Shown here: positions 24,747 to 39,050 of the stretch, in pieces
Layout: every line of letters starts with the position of its first letter
Position numbering within the stretch: position 1 is the stretch's first letter
NCBI GenBank assembly: GCA_951406725.2
Contig: OX597834.1
Coordinates: 42,780,001-42,844,000, forward strand
Reading direction: 5' to 3'
Length of the DNA stretch: 64,000 nt
DNA from: Octopus vulgaris
Taxonomy: Eukaryota
Notes under the pieces: model-generated
What the model saw: only the letters and a program-made list of their open reading frames with translations
What the model was told of the DNA's origin: nothing
Databases searched by the model: none
Made by a program: the position numbers and the translations under genes

Positions 24747-24996
24747 CAGGCATATAATTACTTACCTGCATTGCAGATAATGTAATTCAAATTATTATAT
24801 AATTCAAATAAGTGCTGTGGATGAGTTTCCAGACGAAACCTTAACTGTTCATCCCTTGGGTAGCCAGATAATGTGTAAAGCGCTGCCTTCAGTTAAGAAA
24901 AAAAAAACATGCAGCCCAGACATTCATACTTACATACATATATACATAGATAAATGCATACATATATATAGATATAAACATATATACATATACACG

Positions 24997-25029
<33 letters not shown>

Positions 25030-25221
25030 CATATGTATATTTAAATACGTATATATATAATATAATTACACACACACACACACACATATATATATAAATG
25101 GAGTTTAACGCAGGTTTTATTCAAATTCTTTAACTTCCGACACATGTTTCGAAGACATCACTGATATTTTTCCAAAGGAATAAAGTGGTGTAAAACAGCG
25201 ACACAAAGACACATACCCATA

Positions 25222-25290
<69 letters not shown>

Positions 25291-25325
25291 ACAAACACAA
25301 TCAAGTATGATGTATACATACATAT

Positions 25326-25398
<73 letters not shown>

Positions 25399-25741
25399 AT
25401 TTTCATGTCTAATAGCTCATTAAAAATTGCGGCTTTTCTAAACAAATAATTAAAGGGAGATTGTGAACAGAAATATACGAAGAGCAATATCTTTGAAGAT
25501 ACGAAAGCCTTGGTGGAAACGCCTTTATTTAAAGCTTTAAGAATTGATTATCACTTAACACTTCCTTTATCTCCATGTGTGGGCGTGTATATATATACAT
25601 ATATATATATGTATCATTATGTAAGCATGTATATATGTATATATGAATATGTGTGTACATAGATATATATGAAACACGCTCTATATATATGTGTGTGTCT
25701 GTGTGTCTGTGTGGGGGTCTGTGTGTATGTCTTCGTATATG

Positions 25742-25775
<34 letters not shown>

Positions 25776-26075
25776 TTCGAGGTGTGTGTGTGCGCTGGCT
25801 AAAAGTAAACATTTAAGTTTGAAATATGGAAGAGGTAATTAAATTGGGAGTTAAGAACGCTAGTAATTTGTATGTCGAAAACAGATGTCTGCAGAGCGCA
25901 CATCAAAGCAGTAAGAAACTCTCGGTTTAAGGTATGGGTAATTGTGGTCACGCTCACATAGTTACACACTCGTATCCACACGTACACACACACATATACG
26001 CACGCATATACTCACACATATGTATATACATATATATATGTGTATACATGTGTATATATATATATATATATATAA

Positions 26076-26124
<49 letters not shown>

Positions 26125-26169
26125 GATAGATAGATGGATAGTTAGATAGATAGATATGCATATATATAT

Positions 26170-26307
26170 AAAATTAAGAGGAAGGACCTAATATGCTAAA
26201 AATAGATGTCAAATCGCCATTACCATACATTGTCCGTGGTAATGGCGATTTGACATCTATGTTTAGCATATTAGGTGTCCACTTTAGTGGTCCTTCCTCT
26301 TAATTTT
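26170..26307. repeat. Foldback (inverted repeat) element between (TA)n tracts
   Basis: 26187-26225 pairs with 26237-26275 (one mismatch); outer arms 26170-26188 and 26289-26307; right arm has extra tgtccactttagt. Confidence 0.9.
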
Positions 26308-26323
26308 ATATATATATATACAC

Positions 26324-26397
<74 letters not shown>

Positions 26398-26723
26398 ATA
26401 TATATATATATATATATAGATGTCTGTGTGTGTGTGTGTGCATGCGTGCAGCTAAATGATGGTCGCTGTCCCGTATGTGTCGTAAGAGTAAAACATACAT
26501 ACACATATACATCCATGTCATTGTTCAGTTTTATTTCAAGATCTCTTGCCAATAGAGAAGAAGCTCGTTTCTAACCTTCATTGGAATTTCAACATCAGTA
26601 ACAAGGTATATTTGTCTATGTACGTATGTACGTTCGTATGTATGTCTGTCCGTATCTATCTATGCATAAGCGATTTAAATCAGGTCCGTTTCTTCTCTGT
26701 TTCGTTGTTGAAACAAGTAAAAT

Positions 26724-26782
<59 letters not shown>

Positions 26783-26905
26783 CGTTATGATGAATATGTT
26801 TGAGATATTTCCCAACATATGAAACTATTAGTAGCACTTAAATATATGTATTGTGTCCTTTAATTAGATAGTATATATAAATACGTATGTATATAATTAT
26901 ATATA

Positions 26906-27129
26906 CGAGTGAGGGTGTCCTGAAAAGTTTCAGGCTTTGGGTAAAAAACAAAATATAAAAGCATCGGTTAATTATGATTTTACTCAAAATATTCCCCTCG
27001 CAGATTCACACATTTATTTCAGCGGCCCTTCAATTTTCCTAAGCCTTGTAAAAGTACTTGGAATGTTTGGCCTCCAACCAGGCGTTTCGAGACACCCTAA
27101 ACGCCAAGAACGTTTCAGAAACCCCTTTG
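26906..27129. mobile_element. Tc1/mariner-type MITE
   Basis: Imperfect TIRs gagggtgtcctgaaaagtttcaggc / gccaagaacgtttcagaaacccct, TA on both sides; homologous to 59007-59224. Confidence 0.8.
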
Positions 27130-27356
27130 TATATATGTAAGAATATGTATGTGTATTCGGTGTATTTTTCGTATCTGTTTGCAAGAATACTTCATGAAAT
27201 ATTTTCCCCGATCAATTATTAATTAGTTGACAGTTACATAAAAATGTCTGCTTCATTAGAGAATTGTTTACATTACACAAACATGACAGCCAATTTACAG
27301 AAAGGATATATCTCCATTTATGAGAGCTAAATGTAATGAAACTCTCTACAGATTTA

Positions 27357-27550
27357 CGAGGTTCATCCCAGAAGTTTTGAGATTTTTTTTATAGGAGAGG
27401 CAATTAGAACTCTTCTAGCCAATTGTAATTTTAGTATAACATTACTATACATCTATAGTAATGACATGTCAGTATAGCTGACATGTCAACTTTTGTCATT
27501 TCAGATTTAACGAGACTACTCTGACTGTAGTTTCAGCTGACTCTATTAAA
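27357..27550 (+). mobile_element. mariner-like 5' terminal fragment
   Basis: TA|cgaggttcatcccagaagttttgaga resembles a mariner TIR; two internal palindromes; no partner TIR seen. Confidence 0.45.
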
Positions 27551-27573
27551 AACTGCTAGTCACGGGTGACGAG

Positions 27574-28030
27574 TTGGCTGAACGCAGTTGGGATGTGCCT
27601 TGCCAAAAATGCTTCAGCTGCAAAGGCTGCTGTGTCAGCTCAACAACGGGGCAATCCGGTTGGCGGGTCTTGCCAAAATTGGTTCAGATGAAACGGCTGC
27701 GAACTCTCCACAACAGCGCACAACCCAAAGAAAGCGTAATGCTGAAACTACTGCGGCTACGAGGACTTCACTGTCCCCACAACAATGCTAAATGGAGGGC
27801 ACCCAAAGCTAAAACTACTGCTGCTGCACAGGCTGCACTGTCACCAGCACAGTGCACAACCCGAAGGAAGCGTAATGCTGACAACACTGTTACTGCAGAG
27901 TGACCAGCACAGTGTACAAATCCTTACGTTTTGAACGCTAGATATCGTTTCGAACTCAGAAATACGAGGTTGGGTTCCGTAACAAAATAGTTCAAAACAC
28001 GACAGGCGGCCAAAGCTCGTTCCATAGAAA
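27574..28030 (+). pseudogene. Possible degenerate Helitron RepHel N-terminal repeat region
   Basis: Repeats SPQQRTTQRKRNAETTAA / SPAQCTTRRKRNADNT, followed by LGSVTK*FKTRQAAK, which loosely resembles the IG.M...C..C.A.K motif after such repeats; stops and frameshifts present. Confidence 0.4.
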
Positions 28031-28259
28031 TTTAAATATCAATCAAATGCCTATTTATATTCAAATGAAACATTATAAGGTTTTATACGATATTCGTCAG
28101 TACACACCGTACTGTATGGCAATTGCAAAATAAAACAAACAACATACCGATATTAACCTAATAGCCCCCATTTGATACCAAGTGTGTATCTCAAACATTT
28201 TGCAGTTTAAATGTAATCATATGAAATGTTACGCACAGACGCTAACATCCCACATCCTA

Positions 28260-28300
<41 letters not shown>

Positions 28301-28586
28301 CATACATACATACATACATACGTGCATGCACACACACACATATTTATATATATATATATACAATTATATATATATATATATATATTTACATATATGTTTG
28401 TACACGTGTGTGTGCGTGCGATTATATATATATATGTATATATATGAATGTGTGTATAAATGTGTCTGTACTTTTGTATATGCGAGTGCACTTTTATATA
28501 TATATATAAGTACATATATACATACGTACACACTTACACATTTCACACACTCACAAACACTCGCATATATATATATATATACATAC

Positions 28587-28649
<63 letters not shown>

Positions 28650-29353
28650 TGTGTGTACATGTGTATATGGTAACCATCTAATTTGAAATCCAATACTAAT
28701 TAATTGGTTCTCAAATTTTCTGATTAATTATAAATACAAAATTTAAATCCCACATCCACCTAATAATTTACAGAAATAATTTAATCGGTTATATTGCTGA
28801 GAAATTCGTTTATTTTTGTTTTTGCTTTCTAATTTCAATAATCATGTGGTAATTTTCATTTTGAGATATTAATTAACAATCAAATTAAATTTTTGAAAAA
28901 TACTCCTCGTTGGCAATTTTCTCGGTTACATTTGGGTATAAAACTAAAACTATTAATTATTCTAATCAAGCTAGAAATAAACTGTTGTTCTGGGAGTGGG
29001 GTATCAGTTATATTTATTTTTATCAAATACTAATTAAGAATATACTCGGTCAATTATTAATCAAAATTAATCAACGTAGAATTAGTTACGAAATACACAG
29101 TACACATAAAAATCTTCAATTCACCGCAGGGATACTCAGTGTATGATATAAATGCAAGAAATACCAGCTATGTATCCCTCAAATGGCTCTGCATTTTCTG
29201 GAACATGAGAAGGGTGGTAGAGTCATATGCATATGTAACAATGGCTGGGTGGTCATAGAAGGAAAGATTTTGATCGAATATCGCGTGGATATTTTCCGTA
29301 CCATGTATCTTTCATTTTGTCTGTTTGAGAGCTTATCTATCTGTCCTTTCTTT

Positions 29354-29404
<51 letters not shown>

Positions 29405-29947
29405 CCTGTCTGTCTGTCTGTCTGTCTGTTTGCCTGCCTGCCTGCCTGCCTGCCTGCATGCCTGTCTGTCTTTCTCAGTGAGACATTATGTGTGTCTGTC
29501 AGACAGCTGACAGCCTGTCGCTATCAGACAGACATTTTGACACTTTCTATGCATCAACCCATCTACATGTCTGTCTGTCTGTCCATACTTTCATGGCGAG
29601 GCCAATATTTTTGGAATCACTAATATAGAAAGAATTTATTCAGGAATATTGTGGAAAAAATGTCTATGATCAGTAATCTATAACCATAATCGATATTGAC
29701 TTAGACTTTGAGTTACCGATGAGAACTTCAAGGTAGATTTCTTCAGCTATTTGTAATTATGATAAAATCAATGTCAGGTAAGCACCTAAATTTGACATCA
29801 TGGTGGTTGAAGTTAGCGTGTCATAGACAGAAGACATTGGAGGACATTTTGCTTTCCAATTTTAAGTTGTTAAACCCACGTAGAAACTATATTGGTAGTA
29901 GATATCTGCGCGCGTGTGTGTGTGTGTGTATGTATATATGTATATAT

Positions 29948-30538
29948 ATTTCTTTTTGTTGCTCACAGGGGGTAAAAACACAGGGAGGACAAACAAGGAC
30001 AGAGAAACGGATTAAGTCTATTACATCGACCCCAGTGCGTAACTGGTACTTATTTAATAGATCTCGAATGGATGAAAGGCAAAGTAGACCTCGGCGGAAT
30101 TTGAACTCAGAACGTAGCGGCAGACGAAATACCTATTTCTTTACTACCCACAAGGGGCTAAACACTAAGAGAACGAACAAGGACAGACAAACGGATTAAG
30201 TCGATTACATCGACCCCAGTGCGTAACTGGTACTTATTTAATAGATCTCGAAAGAATGAAAGGCAAAGTAGACCTCGGCGGAATTTGAACTCAGAACGTA
30301 GCGGCAGACGAAATACCTATTTCTTTACTGCCCACAAGGGGCTAAACACAGAGGGGACAAACAAGGACAGACAAACGGATTAAGTCGATTATATCGAACC
30401 CAGTGCGTAACTGGTACTTATTTAATTGATCCCGAAAGGATGAAGGTCGACCTCCGCGGAATCTGAACTCAGAACGTAACGGCAGACGAAATACTGCTAA
30501 GCTTTTCACCCGGCGTGCTAACGTTTCAGCCAGCTCGC
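29948..30538 (-). mobile_element. SINE family A trimer (one head + three bodies, 184-bp period)
   Basis: AAGGACAG at 29995, 30179 and 30363; head (cagccagctcgc) only at the right end. Confidence 0.9.
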
Positions 30539-31175
30539 TAATTAAGCACTGATAATATGACAAGAAAAAAAAAAAATCAAGTGAAAGCAACGGCATAGCA
30601 ACGAAGACAACAGCCATGACAACAATAAGAACAACACGAGCGTAAAGAAAATGCTGAGGTGAATCAGTTATAGACTCTCTTATTGAATTAAATGTTTTTT
30701 TCTTCTTTCTTCTTGATGGGAGAGTTCGGCTCATAATTGATACACAGCCAACAGATGTCACACTTGGTGACTTTTGCTGTTTGCACCTCTATTTAAAGAT
30801 TTCACCTGATAAAGACTGAATATACATCCAGAGTTTATTGCTGGCTTAGGTGTACATGCATACATGCATATACCTACCTACCTACCTACCTACCTACCTA
30901 CCTACCTACCTACCTACCTACCTACCTACCTACCTACCTACCTACCTACATACATACCTACCTACCTACCTACATACATGCATACGTACATACATATATA
31001 GATAGTACCTACATTCATATATATATATACATATATTAAATATATATACGTACATACATATGTGTATATATTTACATATATACGTATATATATATATTTT
31101 TATATACATATATACGTATGTACAAGTGAATAAATGTATATTTATGTATATATGTGTACATATATATATATATAT

Positions 31176-31224
<49 letters not shown>

Positions 31225-31328
31225 TATATATATATGCATATAAGTAAATGTACACGCATATATATGTATATGTATGTTTATATAGGTATGAATGTATTTC
31301 TATGCATATATACATATATATATATGAG

Positions 31329-31371
<43 letters not shown>

Positions 31372-31625
31372 GCATATATGTATATATATATAAGCATGCA
31401 CACAAACGAGCGCACATACACACACATATGTATTAGGAAACGATTTGTATTTCTGTATTTAAATTGATTTTGTAAATACATTTGTGTGAAGTATGTTGTA
31501 AGGGGAAGTTTTTTTTTGTCATTTGCACGCGCATACAGAAACGCTGACACCTATGCACTCACAAGCGCACACAAGCCTATGCTTAGATATATGCATGCAT
31601 GTACATACGTAATTATGTATATGTG

Positions 31626-31697
<72 letters not shown>

Positions 31698-31886
31698 GTA
31701 AATGTATGTGTGTTTGCATGTGTAAGTATGTATATATGCACAAACCGTAAACCTTGAAAAACTTTTGTCAAGGAAACATGGAAAAAAAATACAAACATGC
31801 AGGCGTATATTCATATATACACTCGTACAACATACATGTATATATCAACACACACACATATCTACGTATACATACATACATACATA

Positions 31887-31952
<66 letters not shown>

Positions 31953-32454
31953 TATAAACACATATATATATAAGCACATAATCACACATACGCACACACA
32001 AATCTTGGTACCAAAACAAAAAATATATTTACTGGAATGGTGAACGGCTACGCAAGTAAAGAAACGTTCCTTACATTTGTTCAAATATTGCCAGAGAGGG
32101 CAAATATTTTGCAGTATTTAAACTCAACTATATGTGTATATTCCATATTTTTTGTGTTTATTTTCCGGCAAAATTTCAAGGAGCATTTTTTTTTTATTTA
32201 GGGTTGTGTGTCAAGAAATCCTTTTACCTGGGGCTACAGGCAAAAAACTATTTACCCTTAATATGTCTGAAAATAAATCAGATGATATTGACCGAGAGCA
32301 CCCTCATGGCTTTCGTTTGTAGTGACTTACATTTTCTTGGCAGCAGTCCAACTCCCTAATGAAACTGTCCCCTAGAGCCGGTTAAGCTATATGCATATGT
32401 GTAGAACACGCACACACATACATATACGTACCTATGTATGCAAACACACACTCT

Positions 32455-32486
<32 letters not shown>

Positions 32487-32892
32487 CATTTACATACCTA
32501 TGTATATATATATATATATATCCATACCAATATATAATTATATATATAGACGTGTATACTTATAAGCGTTGATATACATACATACATAGAGATATATAGA
32601 TAGATATTTATGAATACAAGTACAATATATAAGACATAAGCACACGGAGTAAGATAAATGCACACATATACAAATATATTTATATATATACATATGTATA
32701 TACATATATATATTTATAAGTATGTATGTATGTATGTATGTACATATATGTATAATTGTGTGCATCTGCAATTTTCCTGTTTAAAAGTCCATTTATAAAT
32801 GCAGTTATATTTATCTACATGTATGTGTGTATTTGTTGTATATGTGTCTGTGTGTGCAAGTATATTTATTTGTATGCGTGCGCGTGTATATG

Positions 32893-32946
<54 letters not shown>

Positions 32947-33185
32947 TAGATAGATAGATAGATAGAGAGAGATAAAAGTTGAATTTAAAATTAAAGTTAT
33001 GATTTAGACTGGTGACATTAAAATGCAGCATCGGAATCTTTTTTCGAGCAAGTCCCAGATCGTCTGCCTGCAAAGCACGTTCACCTCTTATGGCTATATA
33101 TATATATGATATAGACAATATATTTATATATATGCATATATACATACGTGTATGTACATATTTACATCTATACGTATATATATAA

Positions 33186-33610
33186 GCATATGTGGGCACA
33201 GGACGTCACGAAACGTGTACATCCAAAGAAGTACGAAGCACGAGTACATAGAACATGAACTATTCTTTCGAACAACGAAAGACACAAATGGAAAACAAGG
33301 CAAGCAATATGAAGAACGACCCTTCATCAGTTAGTTGTTGGCTGTTTTCTAGTCTCGTGTTTTGAGCATTTAACAACGCTTTTGATAAAACAGTTGTTCC
33401 CTCAAAGCAAATTAAATAAAATTTGGGATTTTGTGGAGGGTCAAAATGGGTAACATAAACAGGACAGTGCAAACAAACAGGAAGGGCTACTAAGCCTAAA
33501 CGAGGTTGTTGTTGCGAACGTGTAAATCAAGCTAGGACAAGTGACAAACAAGAACACGTCTTCCTTGTTCCAGCTACAACAAAGAGAAACAAAGATAGAT
33601 GGCCGTTGTC
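33186..33610 (-). mobile_element. Probable PLE terminal-repeat remnant ending in (TA)n
   Basis: 33500-33605 is the reverse complement of 54925-55030, which precedes a PLE ORF motif; 33186-33370 resembles 63570-63745. Confidence 0.6.
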
Positions 33611-33735
33611 ATTACTATTCGTCCTTCAGAATAATAAATTTATAATCTTGAAAATATGGAGTAATCCTTCAGTTTAATCTAAAACATGTTATTTATAAGA
33701 AAAAATACACACGAACATTAATATATATGTACATA

Positions 33736-34110
33736 CGAGGTGGGACCCAAAAGAAACCGAAATTTTGAAATATTATGTATGTATATGTGTGTATATGTTT
33801 GTGTGTCTTTGTTTGTCCTCGCAACATCGCTAGACAGCCGATGCTGGTGTGTTTACGTCCCCGTAACAGTTTTATCGCCTTCAATGTATTCTCGAAGCAA
33901 TGCATTGGTCGAGATGCGTTTTCCACTATTCGAAGCAAAACACAAATTTATGAGTGGCTTCTACGCTGGAAGACCAACTTCGTTCAGGACAACCATTGAC
34001 CTCCAGAACGAATGAAAACATCATGAAAATTCACCAATTGATCTTGGAAGATCGTCATCGAACAATTGGCGAACAAATAGAAAGACGAGGCTTATGTCGC
34101 AGCTGCCGTG
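33736..34110 (+). pseudogene. mariner 5' end and transposase N-terminal fragment, interrupted by a SINE B piece
   Basis: TA|cgaggtgggacccaaaagaaacc TIR-like; SKTQIYEW then LEDQLRSGQPLTSRTNENIMKIHQLILEDRHRTI, matching mariner EDxxRSGRPxTS...EDRR.TI. Confidence 0.8.
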
Positions 34111-34668
34111 CTTCTGTTTAGTGTTTGAAGCTCACTCTATTTTTATAGGGAGTTCATGGCTCAAATTTATATAAGTCACCACTAGGATTTCATTGGTAGA
34201 GGACTGTCACATGACTGGTCTTAGAAATTGTAGATTCCACGCTACCTCCCTCTGTTAGTACCAAGTGACGATAATTGACATCGTAAGTCAAGGCTGACAC
34301 GATTGTCTGAACATGTCCAAACAATCAATGATCTGAATGTCTTGTGTCAAGTTTTTGTGGAGAATGAAGGCATGATTAAGTTTATCACCTTTTGTACGTT
34401 TCCCCGCTACGTTCGTACTTGAGTGAACATGTTTCTTCATAATCAAGGCACTCCAAATTTTAATCTGTCTGGTGGGAGAGCGGACATGAGTCGTTTGTAT
34501 GTAGTCCAGTGAGTAAAAGTTCAGGTTGTTAGCTGTGTAGGTTTTTCATGTCACAATGGATTTTGTGTGTGAAGGGTTATTTGTGAATGTACTCTGTTAC
34601 ACTTGTTAAGTCTTGGTTTGTACTTTTGTATGAAAGCATTTCCTTTGTTTATCCGTGCTTCATCTGTG

Positions 34669-34712
<44 letters not shown>

Positions 34713-34732
34713 ATATATATGTATGTATATAT

Positions 34733-34936
34733 GTACTCTTTTACTTGTTTCAGTCATTTGACTGTGGCCATGATGGAGCACCGCCTTTAGTCGAGCAAAT
34801 CGACCGCAGGGCTTATTCTTTGTAAGCCTAGTACTCATTCTATCGGTCTCTTTTGCCGAACCGCTAAGTTACGGGGATGTAAACACACCAGCATCGGCTG
34901 TCTAGCGATGTTGGGAGGACAAACACAGACACACAA

Positions 34937-34976
<40 letters not shown>

Positions 34977-35150
34977 ATATATATATATACATACACATAT
35001 GCGACGGGCTTCTTTCAGTTTCCGTCTACCAAATCCACTCACAAGGCTTTGGTCGGCCCGAGTCTATAGTAGAAGACACTTTGCCCAAGGTGCCACGCTC
35101 TGAGATTGAACCCGGAACCATGTGGTTTGTAAGCAAACTACTTACCACAC
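34733..35150 (-). mobile_element. SINE family B, near full length
   Basis: Same organisation as 3690-4105. Confidence 0.9.
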
Positions 35151-37077
35151 ATATAATATCTATGAATGTATGTATTCATCTTTATATAGTTATACATGTG
35201 GATATGAATGTGTGTGTATGTGTGTATCTGTATGAATGAATGTATATCTATACTCACAAACACACTTACCTGATGCGTCTTCGTGTCAAATGACGGTGTC
35301 AAATGACGGTGTCAAATGACGGTCGATCATCCAGTCGATCGATGAAGTGAGAAGTCTGCTTCTTCGATGAATGCACGTTCAAGTGGCTGAGTACTGCGCA
35401 GTTATGTGACGTCTCGTGTAGAATCAGTGTGATACAAAGGACTTCTAAATCTTTTCCCCCTACCGTGTGTTTCACACGCCAAGATGTTAAACAGTGGGGA
35501 CGAACACGGCACGTCTTGATTTTGAAGGGAATTTCTTACCCACCCAGTCATGCGTGCATTTTGACACACGTGTTGACGCGCACGCGCATTGGTACGTGTG
35601 CATGTATTTGATATATGTGTATTATATATGTGTGTGTGTGTGTGTGTGTGATGAATATATGCATTTGCATATATGTATGTATATGTATATATTTATATAT
35701 ATGTACATATTTGTGTGTGCGCGTGTGTATGTGAGTATATATAACCACACATATACACACGCATATATGTCTGTATATCCGTGTATGAATGAGAATTCTT
35801 ACACTTTTATTACGTTTACGTTCCGAGTACAGATGTCCACATTAAAAGCTTCACAATTCGAACATGTCACATTAGTAGCCCCGATTGTGTTTCCATTGTA
35901 TATCGTGACATTTTACCAATCAACTTTAATTTGAAATGTCCCCCAACTAGCAACTTCAAAAGTTCTTCCTTTCGGCTACTCAAAAGAGAAGGACACCCTG
36001 CCAATAACGTGATAAATCTATGAAGAGATTTCATTTTGATAATACTTTAAGCTATAGCCCTAAATCCATTTAAAATTGGAAATATATTCCCAACAGACAC
36101 GCTCATTGCAGTTCAGTTTTGATTATATCTTATCAATACATTTTGAAATTCATTTCTTTTCTAGTTTTCTCTTCTTTCTATTTTCTGTTTTTCTTATACA
36201 ATATAATAAGTGAATTTCGGTGTTCAATTCCCGCTGGAATTGGCTATTGAGAATCTTCGTCATTTTCAGTGAATTTTTTTTTTGATATATATATATATAT
36301 ATACTAATTACAGAAGTCTATTAATCTTGTTGGAAGTCGTGTAGTCGATTATATCGATCTTGCTCTGTTCAACAGGTATTTATTTATTCTCCCTGGAACA
36401 GATGTAAGGCAAAGTTGATCTCGGTGGTATTTGAACTCAGAACGGAAAGACGAAATATCACCTAGCATTGTGACCGACGCGTTAACGACTTTTCTGTTTG
36501 TTTAAAGCGTAAGACATAAACTTGTTTCTAGCGTTCTTCTTGTAATTAAACTATTTCCATAATCAAAATTAACATAACACTCGAATAACTGTCGTGACAA
36601 GGTCAATAAAAGTATTGGCTATTAATTAAATACGGTAGCTTGATGAAAATGCGTTGCGGAATAAGTATCGTCCCTTCATGTTCTGAGTTCAAATCCCACC
36701 GGGTTTTGCTATTCATTCATTTTTGGAACGCAATAATAAACTACATACCAAGACATATGTATAAAGAATTCTCTACTTGTGCATTCCACATTCTAGATAG
36801 AGGAATCAAAACTTCTTGTAATCATGCCACAGAGTCTTATGAGAAAGAACGTTAGACGCTGAGATTCCGGTTTCTCTGCGCTTATGAAAATAACGGGACT
36901 CGTGTCTGGAATAATTTTCCTCATAGATTACGTGTGGCTAAACGACAACAGTTATCCTTACCAGTAATAAAAGTTCCAATTTTACCAACTGTACCTCGCC
37001 CCACCCCACCCAGAAAAAGGTAGATTTGTGTCTATATTGAATAATGAACAGCAAATAATTTCATTGTTAGGCAGTTA

Positions 37078-37748
37078 ACGCAGCGAGTTGGCAGAGTCGT
37101 TAGCGTACCACGCAAAGTGCTTAGCGGTATTTCGTCTGTCTCTACGTTCTGAGTTCAAATTTCGCCGAGGTTGACTTTGCCTTTCATCCTTCCAGGTTCG
37201 ATAAATTATGTACTAGCTGCGTACAGGGGTCGATCTAATCGACTGGCTCCCTCCCACAAAATTTCGGGCCTTGTGCCTAGAGTAGAAAAGAATATTTTCA
37301 TTGTTAGGTAGTTAAGGCGGCGAGTTGGCAGACAACTTAGCGTGCCACGCAAAGTGCATTTCGTCAGTCTCTACGTTCTGAGTTCAAATTTCGCCGAGGT
37401 CGAATTTTCCTTTCATCCTTTCGGGGTCAATAAATTGAGCACCGGTGGAACACTGGGGTCAATGTAATCGAGTAGTACCCCTCCCCAAAATTTCAGGCCA
37501 TGTGCTTTTAGTAGAAAGAGTTATGAGAGGTAGTTCAACCGGCGAACTAGCTGAGTTACCGTGCCGGGCAAAATGATTAGGGGCATTTCGTCCGTCTTTA
37601 TGTTCTGAGTTCAAATTCCACCGTGGTCGATTTTGCTTTTCATCATTTTCGGGTCGATAAAATAATTACCAGTTGAACACTGGGGTCGATGTAATCGACT
37701 TATACTCCATCCGGAATTGCTGGCCTCGTGCAAAATTTGAAACTGTTA
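37078..37748 (+). mobile_element. Three head-to-tail SINE family A monomers, each with its own head
   Basis: Heads at about 37078, 37316 and 37541; the first two are both preceded by tttcattgttagg.agttaa. Confidence 0.85.
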
Positions 37749-38719
37749 TTAAGTGTAGTTTGTGAAGAGCAAAGAAAAGATATGGAAAGTTAATTTGCCC
37801 TCTTTAACGTGTTTCATTTAATCGACGTGCCTAGTTTTGTAATTTGCTTATTTCATAAGCATCAGTATTAGATCAAGGATCAAATAGCCGTAAACTGCTA
37901 ATTTCTATCTCGTCGTAGCGGATTGTATGAGAAGGGGTGCACAACATCAACCGTGACCCTGTAGCAATAGACCCCGTTTATTTTAATCACAACGCATAGA
38001 AGAAAGAAAGAAAAAAAATCAGTATTTGTTATATGTTCATTAGGGGTTCAATACACGACTGACTGCATCATGCAGGGATACCGCCTTCGAGTATTTTAGT
38101 GTAACGGATCGAACTAGTACATTTTTAAAGTCTTGTACTTGTTTTATCAGACTATTTTGTAGAACCGCTCAGTTATGGGAGCGTAAACATACCCACGCTG
38201 ATTTTTGAAACAGTGAAGTGGGAGGACAAACACAGACACAAAGACACACACATACAGACGCCCCCTAACATACACAAACACACTTTACGACAGGCTTCCG
38301 AACAATTCCCTCTACAAAATCTCTCAAGTCACTGATCGACACTGGAGCAAAAGTGAAAAGAAATAGATACCAAACAACCCCCCAAAACACACCCTACTAC
38401 CTTAGTAAAGGACAAGGTGTATGGTACAGCATTGAGTTCGTTGTACGCAGGTTAAAGATGGTTGGAATGTTTTTGATAGGACCTTTTATCCTATTGATTA
38501 GGGAAAACTGCATCCTACGAATCAAAATGAATAACAGCCATGGAAAATTTTCGGATGGTTACTGCTGGAACGCTTTTGATTGTGATGTCTCCTTGACACC
38601 CTCAACACATAGTCCTCACGTACCAACATTTAAATTCACCATGTTGCTAGCCTTTGAGTCAGATTTTCCGATTCATGGTTACCTGTTTCTTTGTCTTCCT
38701 CCATTCAAGGAAGACCTGA

Positions 38720-38750
<31 letters not shown>

Positions 38751-38759
38751 ATAGAAAAT

Positions 38760-39050
38760 AGTGAAAAAACTACAGAAGCCTTGTTTTATAAGGTTAAAGA
38801 ATATATTTAAGTCGTTATGTTTGAAAAATGTTATAAAATTTTGCAAATAGTAACTCTTCTTTGCACTTCATAACGAAGATATAACACGATGTAGATAAAG
38901 ACATTTGAGAAATTTGAAAAGTTAAATCGAAACCGGTAATTTCTCCAAAAAACTATGTTACTATTTGCAAAATTTTATAACATTTTTCAAACATAACGAC
39001 TTAAATATATTCTTTAACCTTATAAAACAAGGCTTCTGTAGTTTTTCACT
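38760..39050. mobile_element. Foldback element: 95-bp inverted arms around a spacer carrying a hammerhead; PLE-like inverted terminal structure
   Basis: 38760-38854 is the reverse complement of 38957-39050 with a single 1-nt indel; (TA)n on the left, tatatat on the right. Confidence 0.85.
38907..38945 (+). ncRNA. Minimal type-I hammerhead ribozyme, U3:A8 core variant
   Basis: GAGAAAU-UUGAAAA-GuuaaauC-GAAA-CCGG-UA-AUUUCUC; perfect 7-bp stem I, palindromic ACCGGU stem III, vestigial stem II. Confidence 0.7.

Noticed and set aside
25095-25205. Minus-strand GAAACAUGUG with an AATAAA tail into TA
   Set aside because: May be a PLE tail, but there is no CUGANGA core and the triplet is GUG rather than NUH.
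35283-35323. 13-bp unit gtgtcaaatgacg x3, and the 184-bp SINE arrays, as CRISPR-like repeats
   Set aside because: No unique spacers, no cas genes, eukaryotic context; simple slippage within a decayed SINE C-like tail.
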